From a virus (Duplodnaviria; Heunggongvirae; Uroviricota; Caudoviricetes), in IMG/VR virus record IMGVR_UViG_3300029922_002860: a stretch of 11,721 nt of DNA. The stretch is one strand, 5' to 3'. A model generated the notes under the pieces. The model was given only the letters and a program-made list of their open reading frames with translations, was not told the origin of the DNA and did no database searches. Shown piece after piece: positions 1 through 6,057 of the stretch; position 1 is the first letter of the stretch; each line of letters starts with the position of its first letter. The translations under genes and the position numbers were made by a program.

Positions 1-948
1 GAGGTTCTCGTCCGAGAAACCAAGCTGGGGAAGGGGCAGCGTGCTCTTCTGCTTGTCGAGAATACGCATGACCGCGCCTTCGCCGTGGTTGAGGGGAGCT
101 GTCGATACGCGCAAGTCGATGTCGAGGCTCTTCTTCGTGAACTGCTTGAAGACGATGCGTCCATCCTGGGGCAACCGACGCTCGGAGATGTCCAGGTTGC
201 ACATGATCTTGATACGGGCGATCAGCGACGGCCCGAACTTTCGCGGAAGCCTCAGGTATTCGCGGGTCCCGCCGTCCACGCGGAACCGGACGACAAGCTC
301 CTTTTCCTGCGGAGACAAATGAATGTCCGATGCACCCTGGAAGTATGCGTCCTCAATGATCTTCGAGGCCATCGCGACAACGGGGCCGGAGTCTTCGCCA
401 AGGTTTTCGCCTGAATCCTCCTCAACTTCGGCATGCCCGAATTCATCGGCTATTCCCGCGAGGACCGACTTCAATTCAGCGCCGCCGTCGTTTCCTGACG
501 GCTGCGTGAGCTTCTTTAATCGCGTCTCAATATCCGCCGATGGGACCGCGATAAAGAGCGGGGTGAGATTGGAGATGCCTTTGATCTCGTCCCTCAGGTC
601 CGTGGCTGCGGTGAAATGGTCCGCCCCGGCGTGAATCAGGAGATACTCGCCAAGTACGCCCATCGGGATGATCTTCTGTGCGGCACAGTAGTCCATCGGG
701 ATGTGTTCGAACGTCTTTGCGGTGACCTTGCCGCGCGGCATCGAGGTGGCCAGGATTCCCATGCCGCGCATACGGGCGATGTGCAGGCAAAGCGGAGTGA
801 TGGCGTAGTCCGTGGCCAATAGCGTCTCGAACGACTCCATCGTCGGCTGCCCCTCGATCTTCTCCAATGCAGCGACCTGGGGTTGCTGGAGCAGCCCGAG
901 TGTTGCGAGGCGAGCAACGGTAGTAGACTGGAGTCGGGTTAGCGGCAT
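1..948 (-). CDS. pilB: PilB/GspE-family type IV pilus / T2SS assembly ATPase, N-terminal part (runs off the left end of the window)
   Basis: Hand translation from ATG at 948 is open to base 1: MPLTRLQSTTVARLATLGLL...TFEHIPMDYCAAQKIIPMGVLGEYLLI (T2SSE_N-like) ...GPVVAMASKIIEDAYFQGASDIHLSPQEKELVVRFRVDG...RIKIMCNLDISERRLPQDGRI...DLRVSTAPLNHGEGAVMRILD. ASDIH, RFRVDG, LDISERRLPQDGR and DLRVST are hallmark PilB/GspE motifs. Walker A lies beyond the window, so PilB versus GspE is not resolved. Confidence 0.93.
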   Translation of the reverse strand, partial: MPLTRLQSTTVARLATLGLLQQPQVAALEKIEGQPTMESFETLLATDYAITPLCLHIARMRGMGILATSMPRGKVTAKTFEHIPMDYCAAQKIIPMGVLGEYLLIHAGADHFTAATDLRDEIKGISNLTPLFIAVPSADIETRLKKLTQPSGNDGGAELKSVLAGIADEFGHAEVEEDSGENLGEDSGPVVAMASKIIEDAYFQGASDIHLSPQEKELVVRFRVDGGTREYLRLPRKFGPSLIARIKIMCNLDISERRLPQDGRIVFKQFTKKSLDIDLRVSTAPLNHGEGAVMRILDKQKSTLPLPQLGFSDENL

Positions 949-949
949 T

Positions 950-1501
950 TCAAGTGACGGCCGGTGCCGGCAGCAGGGACTTGGCGACAGGCTTGGCGAA
1001 GGCGGCTCGCACCCATGCCTCGCGTAAGTTTTCCAGGGTTGTCGAATGCCAGACTATGCCCCTCCCGAAGACGCCTTCCCAGTACGTGCGCTCCTGCTCA
1101 GCGAGAAAATGCGATGTGGCGATAAACACCAACCCACCGTCCTTGTCGAACGGCAGTGAACGAGTGTCCACGCATTGCTCCCTTGTGATGCCCTTCAGTA
1201 GTTCCTCGTTGAAATCCATGAAGGCCAGATTAACCGGGGGTACGTGGAAGTGCTCCATCGTGTACCGAATGAGATCCTCCTCCTTGAGCGCACGCTGCTC
1301 ATACACGAGCACGTCGAGAATGCTAAAGCCTATCAGCACGTTGCCCTCCTCCCCCTTGTCCCTCCGCAAAACAAAGCTCTCGTTTGCTGACGTAAGTTGG
1401 TCTGTCGAAACCGAGAAGTGGGGGGTGTCGATCTCGACAAGCGCAGCAGCGAGGTGACGATCAACTCGGGACGAAATTGCTGAGGGAGGTGTGCGCGCCA
1501 T
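950..1501 (-). CDS. Stand-alone T2SSE_N/MshEN-like domain protein, pilus-associated hypothetical (183 aa)
   Basis: ILDVLVYEQRALKEEDLIRYTMEHFHVPPVNLAFMDFNEELLKGITREQCVDTRSLPFDKDGGLVFIATS follows the pattern of the PilB/GspE N-terminal domain. Its stop (950-952) is 1 nt from the pilB ATG (TGA-A-ATG), implying translational coupling. Confidence 0.75.
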   Translation of the reverse strand: MARTPPSAISSRVDRHLAAALVEIDTPHFSVSTDQLTSANESFVLRRDKGEEGNVLIGFSILDVLVYEQRALKEEDLIRYTMEHFHVPPVNLAFMDFNEELLKGITREQCVDTRSLPFDKDGGLVFIATSHFLAEQERTYWEGVFGRGIVWHSTTLENLREAWVRAAFAKPVAKSLLPAPAVT

Positions 1502-1508
1502 GGGCCGT

Positions 1509-1548
1509 GAAATAAGTTAGCCGCCCTCGAAGGAGGGCAGCGGGCTAA
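1509..1548 (-). terminator. Stem-loop with short U-rich tail in the leader of the pilus operon (possible terminator/attenuator)
   Basis: Plus strand: ttagcc-gccctc-gaag-gagggc-agcg-ggctaa (1517-1548), two nested perfect 6-bp stems. On the minus strand it is followed by CTTATTT. Confidence 0.55.
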
Positions 1549-1569
1549 ATGGGGCTGAAGGCACACCTA

Positions 1570-1577
1570 AAGTATGG
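1570..1577 (-). promoter_or_regulatory. CCAT motif copy (CCATACTT), putative -10 element
   Basis: Minus strand CCCCATACT-TTAGGT-GTG: 6 nt before a GTG (1564) that opens a 15-codon uORF, and 69 nt upstream of the ATG at 1501. Confidence 0.55.
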
Positions 1578-1748
1578 GGTGAAACCGTCTGGGAAGCCTT
1601 TTTGTGGGAGCGCCGACACGCATTCGTTAAGGACATGAAATGCGCACCGTCGCTCCACGGGCGACTCACGAAGCCCCGTTCCGGGGGTTCCCTCGACCGG
1701 AGACAGTTAGATGGCGATGCCGGGAGGCACAGGGTCATGGCATCCAAT

Positions 1749-1768
1749 GCCCAATTCCGCGATTGGGC
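1749..1768 (-). terminator. Hairpin just after the stop of the 140-aa gene
   Basis: gcccaat-tccgcg-attgggc, a perfect 7-bp stem 6 nt downstream of the TAA at 1775-1777. The U-tail is weak. Confidence 0.4.
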
Positions 1769-1774
1769 GGAACC

Positions 1775-2197
1775 TTACGAGGACAGGGCGGGGACCGTCA
1801 CCGTAGGGCCGGCGGCGGTGGTCGGCTTGGGAGGAGCCGCTATTGGTACGCGAGGGGCAGGGGCGGGAGTCGCAGCGGCGTGCATGGCCGCCTTGAGCTG
1901 GCTCAACTTACTGGCCTCTTCCGGGTGGGATTCGATGGCCGCAGAGAAAAGGACATCGTCGCGTTTATCGGTCAGCTCCTTGATCTGGGCGTTTAGGTCT
2001 TTGACCACCTGGGAGGATGCGGCCGTATCCTGCAAAATCTTCTGGGCCTGAAGGTAATCGTTCATCGGGAGCCCATACGGCTTCATTTCGCCCGGGGCAT
2101 TCGCCCCCTTCGGGCCATCGGCCGCCCTCCCGAAACTGGCGATGAGGGGCATGGCGACAGCCGCTACGATAAAGGTGCGAAGGATAGATGACTTCAT
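1775..2197 (-). CDS. Secreted/periplasmic helical hypothetical protein with Pro/Ala-rich tail (140 aa)
   Basis: Sec-type signal peptide MKSSILRTFIVAAVAMPLIASFGRA|AD, an amphipathic helical middle (VVKDLNAQIKELTDKRDD) and a PAPAPRVPIAAPPKP tail. A motif copy lies 6 nt before the ATG. Confidence 0.8.
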   Translation of the reverse strand: MKSSILRTFIVAAVAMPLIASFGRAADGPKGANAPGEMKPYGLPMNDYLQAQKILQDTAASSQVVKDLNAQIKELTDKRDDVLFSAAIESHPEEASKLSQLKAAMHAAATPAPAPRVPIAAPPKPTTAAGPTVTVPALSS

Positions 2198-2202
2198 GTC
2201 CT

Positions 2203-2210
2203 AATTATGG
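2203..2210 (-). promoter_or_regulatory. CCAT motif copy (CCATAATT), putative leaderless -10
   Basis: Minus strand CCCCATAAT-TAGGAC-ATG(2197); 6-nt spacer. Confidence 0.65.
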
Positions 2211-2274
2211 GGGGCAGCGGGGCGAGAATGCAGCGCCGGCAACCGCTGCCTGGTGCCGGACCCGGCCTTTGCCC

Positions 2275-2281
2275 AAGATGG
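2275..2281 (-). promoter_or_regulatory. CCAT motif copy (CCATCTT) just after the helicase stop
   Basis: Minus strand TGA-TCGCCCCATCTTGGGC. The motif sits in the loop of a GCCC/GGGC hairpin, 77 nt upstream of the ATG at 2197. Confidence 0.45.
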
Positions 2282-2286
2282 GGCGA

Positions 2287-3513
2287 TCATGCGGCGCATA
2301 AACGCATGGTTCCTGCATGGACTCGCCCACTGCGCTTGGTGGGTATAGGTTCCCCGAGGACGAAATCGGGGGCAGCCTCATCGAGGGAGGCCACCGCGGT
2401 TGCGGCGAGTTTGCGTGCGCGTTTCGCGCGAGCCGCCTTGTTGCGGAGTCCCCCAAGGGACGATTGGCTCTTGGGATCGAGCGTGAAGGTCTGCGTGTTC
2501 ATCTTCCGGTCAGCTTCGCGGATAGCCTCAAGCAGAAGCTTCGTGTTCGGGGTCAGGGAGAGCCAAAGGCCCGGACCTGCCTTCGAGTAACTGATTTGCG
2601 GCATCGCCGTGCGGCCGAAATTCCACCCCGTATGCTTCGACTGGACGATGTTCTTGAGCGGAAGCCCCGGGAACTTGCGCAGAACCCGCCCAGCCATCTG
2701 GATCGTCGGCCCCTTATCCGAGTCCCTAACAAACACAGTCGCAAGGCTCGGGCAGTCCCAACCCTCTGAAAGCACCATCATGTTGATGAGAACGTCCAGC
2801 TTGCCGCTCTCGAAATCGGCCAACTGCCGCTCCCGATCCGTGCTCGCCGTGACGACCTCGACCGTGACTCCTCCCGCAAGAAGCAGGCTCTGGCACTCAT
2901 AGCACTCCTCCGAGGTCCGGAAGAAGATTGCGGTACGGCCCCACGTATCAATGCGCTCAAAATAAGCCTCGGCAACGCTCCTGGGGGTGTACTCGTCAAG
3001 TTGCCAGTGCGCGTACGGCGAGAGGTATCCGTCCTGGATCAGCCGATGGTACCCCGCCTCTTGGATGATCCGCTGGAAGCAGAGCTTGAGGTTGTCGGTT
3101 CGCATAGGCGTGGCCGAAAGCCCGATGGTGAACGCCGGATTGCAAATGTCCCACAGGGCGACACAGGTGTCGGCAGCGGAATGGTGCGCCTCGTCCAAGA
3201 CAAGGACCACTTTCTCGAATGCGCCCATCTTCTCCTCGATGTGGCTATCGAACGCGGAAATCGGAACAAGGTTCTTTGCTCCAACCATCAGGTTATCCCT
3301 GACCACCTGATCGAGAAGGGTGCGGCGCATCGCGACCCAAGCGATCCCCACCGCGGGGTCATCGGCCTGCAACGCCTTCGAAGCCCTCAACCCCATGACG
3401 GTCTTGCCGGAACCCGTCGGGCTAACGATCATGACGGATTCCAAGCCCTCGTCATACGCACCGAGAGCTTTTTCGTGGACGGCGTCTTGATACGGACGTG
3501 ATTCGAGAAGCAT
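2287..3513 (-). CDS. Superfamily 2 DEAH-box helicase (ResIII + Helicase_C type, RadD/YejH/Irc3-like), about 408 aa
   Basis: Q motif RPYQ, Walker A SPTGSGKT, DEAH (LDEAHH), motif III SAT, motif V LSEGWDCP, motif VI QMAGRVLR. Start placed at ATG 3513 (MLLESRPYQ) because the longer track start overlaps the upstream gene and a motif copy precedes 3513. Confidence 0.93.
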   Translation of the reverse strand: MLLESRPYQDAVHEKALGAYDEGLESVMIVSPTGSGKTVMGLRASKALQADDPAVGIAWVAMRRTLLDQVVRDNLMVGAKNLVPISAFDSHIEEKMGAFEKVVLVLDEAHHSAADTCVALWDICNPAFTIGLSATPMRTDNLKLCFQRIIQEAGYHRLIQDGYLSPYAHWQLDEYTPRSVAEAYFERIDTWGRTAIFFRTSEECYECQSLLLAGGVTVEVVTASTDRERQLADFESGKLDVLINMMVLSEGWDCPSLATVFVRDSDKGPTIQMAGRVLRKFPGLPLKNIVQSKHTGWNFGRTAMPQISYSKAGPGLWLSLTPNTKLLLEAIREADRKMNTQTFTLDPKSQSSLGGLRNKAARAKRARKLAATAVASLDEAAPDFVLGEPIPTKRSGRVHAGTMRLCAA

Positions 3514-3518
3514 GTCCC

Positions 3519-3525
3519 AAGATGG
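3519..3525 (-). promoter_or_regulatory. CCAT motif copy (CCATCTT), putative leaderless -10
   Basis: Minus strand GTCCCATCTT-GGGAC-ATG(3513); 5-nt spacer. It also forms the hairpin GTCCCA-TCT-TGGGAC. Confidence 0.6.
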
Positions 3526-3541
3526 GACCCCGGAAACCCGC

Positions 3542-4873
3542 CTAAACCATCCTGACCGGGGGCCTCGGAACCCGGGCGGGCTCCTCGGAGCCTGCATCGA
3601 CCAGGGCCGGAACCTCGCCCATTTCCTCCCGCAAGAGCGCAGTGCCGTCCGACTCGGCGGGGTCCGAGGGCTTTTTGCCTCCATCGGCAGGGGCGGCGAC
3701 GGCCTCCGTCTCCTTACGGGGACCCTTCGACTTGCGCCGGGGGAAGCTGCGGCCCGTTATGACGTTCCCAGGCTTCACGGCATCCTCCGCGAGATACGAC
3801 TCCATCGTGGTTCGCCCGCCTTCGCTCTCAAGGGTGCCTTCAAGGTCGAAGCCGGAATCGTCGGCCAGCAGCCCGCCAATCCACTCGTAGATCGAATCCA
3901 CCTTGCCCTTGGCCTCCTTGCTGGCAATTTCCGCGCCGAGCATTATTAGGTCGGCCACCGAGAAATTAGACGGGGCGCGCACGAGCCTCTTCTTGCTGAC
4001 GACGCCAAGCGAGGAGAGGCCGAAGCGGCTGGCTTCGTCGTAGGCGAAGCGGCTCAACCTGGTCCGTGCAACGTCTGAGACGGACGCATTCGTGACGGCC
4101 TTCTCAAACTCAAGGAACTCCGCGAGACTTGCGCTCGCGCTGTGGGCGGCCTCGATGCGCGTAGCGAGCGTACCGAAACCCTCCTCGTTCGAGAAGCCTC
4201 GGGTGAAACGGGCAAGAGCAGAGACGTATTTGCCGCTCTCCTCCCCGATATTGGCCGAGGAACAGAACGCCTTGGACTGCGCACGGAGGGATACGCCGCG
4301 AGAACGCAGGGCGAGGGACAGCCATGCCGTGGGCTTTCCCCAACCGTCCACAGAGACCCGGATGGTCATGTTAGGGGAGAATTCCAGATCGAAGAAGGAA
4401 AACGGCTTGTGCCTATCGGAAACGTCATAGGTCACCCGAAACTCGCCGTCGCCGTCATAATCCCCGAGGGTGCCTGCGGCCCCCAACATTTCCATGTACT
4501 TCTCAAGGTGCGGGAGCGCGAAATGGCGCTTGGTAAAGGGCGAGACGGCCAGGGCCTTCGTGCGCCCCCCGGTTCGGTCGATGGCAATAACCGCCTTGTC
4601 GCCAACCTTGTGGCGCGCTATGCCGCGAGCTATGACCTCGTCCGGGCTGAAAAGGTTGAACACGCTCGGGCTCTGCCCAAGAAGCGTGGCGAAGGAGACG
4701 CCGAAGCGTGAGGTGTACTCCATCTCTTCGCCAGCGATATTGACCTTGGTCACAACCACGCCGCCTGTCGAAAGCTTGTCGGCGTCAAAGGTCAGCTTGA
4801 CGCTCGGGAGGTCGAAGGAGCGGTACTCAATCATGGCCCCACCGAAGGTGAATGTTTGGCTGTAGTGTTCCAT
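3542..4873 (-). CDS. DUF932-like hypothetical protein (443 aa) with low-complexity charged C-terminal tail
   Basis: Long ORF in the operon-like run. Segments YTSRFGVSF, VSVDGWGKPTAWLSL, GFSNEEGFGTLATRIEAA, FGLSSLGVVSKKR and WIGGLL...FDLEGT resemble, from recollection only, a PVC-phylum family annotated as DUF932-domain that neighbours DEAD/DEAH helicases. The CDS is solid; the family call needs an HMM search. Confidence 0.6.
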   Translation of the reverse strand: MEHYSQTFTFGGAMIEYRSFDLPSVKLTFDADKLSTGGVVVTKVNIAGEEMEYTSRFGVSFATLLGQSPSVFNLFSPDEVIARGIARHKVGDKAVIAIDRTGGRTKALAVSPFTKRHFALPHLEKYMEMLGAAGTLGDYDGDGEFRVTYDVSDRHKPFSFFDLEFSPNMTIRVSVDGWGKPTAWLSLALRSRGVSLRAQSKAFCSSANIGEESGKYVSALARFTRGFSNEEGFGTLATRIEAAHSASASLAEFLEFEKAVTNASVSDVARTRLSRFAYDEASRFGLSSLGVVSKKRLVRAPSNFSVADLIMLGAEIASKEAKGKVDSIYEWIGGLLADDSGFDLEGTLESEGGRTTMESYLAEDAVKPGNVITGRSFPRRKSKGPRKETEAVAAPADGGKKPSDPAESDGTALLREEMGEVPALVDAGSEEPARVPRPPVRMV

Positions 4874-4879
4874 GTGTCT

Positions 4880-4886
4880 AAGATGG
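4880..4886 (-). promoter_or_regulatory. CCAT motif copy (CCATCTT), putative leaderless -10
   Basis: Minus strand TGA-CTCCCATCTT-AGACAC-ATG(4873); 6-nt spacer, inside a 16-nt intergenic gap. Confidence 0.62.
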
Positions 4887-4889
4887 GAG

Positions 4890-6029
4890 TCAGTCTTGGC
4901 GCATGGGCATGACCAGCGCGGCGTACCCCTCGGAGTCGAGGCGGACGGGGCAGGCCGTGCTGCCCACCGTCACGGCCACATTCGATGAAGGGACCCCGGC
5001 GATGGCCTCACAGAGAAACCGAGGATTAACCCCGACTCGGCCTTTCGGCCCGGTTACTTCCGCCACGAGTGTGTCCGCGGCCGCCGTCTCGTTACCTTTC
5101 CCGCTCCCAGAGAAATCTAGTCCCGACTCGGACCACGCCATGGTGATCGAGGGGACTTCCCCGTCGCAGGCAAGGGACACGCGCTTTGCGGTTTCGCCCA
5201 AGACGATACTCGGGACTGAGAATTTTGCAGGGGTCATCAGGGCGGCGCCCAAGACCTTGTCGATGGGAGGAAACAAGCCCTCCGTGTTCGTTGCCTGGAA
5301 GATGAAGGACGGAATCCCCTCAGGCGCTTCCGGAGTAAATTCTCCAGTGGTGAGGTTCCCGCAGACGTTCAACTGGAGCGTCCCTTGCGCGCTCCGCATG
5401 ATTCGGGCAAGGGCAAGGACTGCCGGACGCGCAAGGACCACAGATTGGGTGGCTTCGCTCGGGGTCGTCAGGCTAACCGTGCGTTGCGCCAGTCGGCGTC
5501 CGTCGGTGGCGGTGAAGACGATGCGGTCCTTGTTGAAGGCGATCTGCACTCCGCGCATAGTCGGCCGGTTCTCGTCGTCGGACATCGAATGCATGACGGA
5601 ACTGAGGCCGGAGCCGAAGGACTCTCCAAGCAGTTCCCATCCTGGAGTTGCGGCGAGGACCGCAACAGGGGAAGGCAGCGCCTCGTAGGGAGTCACAGCC
5701 GTGATGCGAAAGGTGCTCCGGCCCGCCTTCAGAACCAAGGCCGACAACCTTCCTGGACCCGCTGAAATCGTGAGGTCTCCGTCGTCGAGTTCGCGTATGA
5801 TGGGGGTCAGAAGCTTGGCAGGGATGCAGCAGCGGATGTCGCCAGCCGTCGAAGCAGCGACTGACGTTTCAAGGAAGAGCGCAAAGTTGCACGCCGCGAC
5901 CCTTATACTGCCGTTGGCGGAATGGACACGGAACGCATCAGCCCCGGACTTCGCCCCTGCGGCCAACGCCGGAGCAACCAACGAGAGTGCTTCGAGGAGC
6001 CGGGTTTTTGGGATTGTGACGCTGGGCAT
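4890..6029 (-). CDS. dnaN: DNA polymerase III beta sliding clamp, divergent accessory copy (379 aa)
   Basis: Typical length and clamp motifs: IPAKLLTPIIREL, SDDENRPTMRGV, ATDGRRLA, EGLFPPIDKV, GVNPRFLCEAI and C-terminal ALVMPMR. No dnaA, recF or gyrB neighbours. Confidence 0.92.
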   Translation of the reverse strand: MPSVTIPKTRLLEALSLVAPALAAGAKSGADAFRVHSANGSIRVAACNFALFLETSVAASTAGDIRCCIPAKLLTPIIRELDDGDLTISAGPGRLSALVLKAGRSTFRITAVTPYEALPSPVAVLAATPGWELLGESFGSGLSSVMHSMSDDENRPTMRGVQIAFNKDRIVFTATDGRRLAQRTVSLTTPSEATQSVVLARPAVLALARIMRSAQGTLQLNVCGNLTTGEFTPEAPEGIPSFIFQATNTEGLFPPIDKVLGAALMTPAKFSVPSIVLGETAKRVSLACDGEVPSITMAWSESGLDFSGSGKGNETAAADTLVAEVTGPKGRVGVNPRFLCEAIAGVPSSNVAVTVGSTACPVRLDSEGYAALVMPMRQD

Positions 6030-6034
6030 AACCT

Positions 6035-6041
6035 AAGATGG
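6035..6041 (-). promoter_or_regulatory. CCAT motif copy (CCATCTT), putative leaderless -10
   Basis: Minus strand TCGCCATCTT-AGGTT-ATG(6029); 5-nt spacer. A small hairpin (gaggc-aattctg-gcctc, 6043-6059) overlapping the upstream stop precedes it. Confidence 0.62.
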
Positions 6042-6057
6042 CGAGGCAATTCTGGCC

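Noticed and set aside
946-1056. Frameshifted single pilB spanning 1501 to 1
   Set aside because: The downstream ORF has its own ATG and N-terminal domain, and the TGA-A-ATG junction looks like normal coupling. A frameshift cannot be fully excluded without reads.
2240-2270. SRP (4.5S) RNA-like string GGCCGGGTCCGGCACCAGGCAGC on the minus strand
   Set aside because: No GNRA tetraloop closed by CC/GG and no long helix; resemblance only.
3514-3684. N-terminal extension of the helicase given by the ORF track (start 3684)
   Set aside because: It overlaps the upstream CDS by about 140 nt and is low-complexity. The helicase Q motif begins just after ATG 3513, which has its own motif copy.
2470-4870. 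QTFT[L/F] in both the helicase and the DUF932-like protein as clamp-binding motifs
   Set aside because: Position 4 is Thr rather than the hydrophobic residue required by QL[S/D]LF; likely coincidence.
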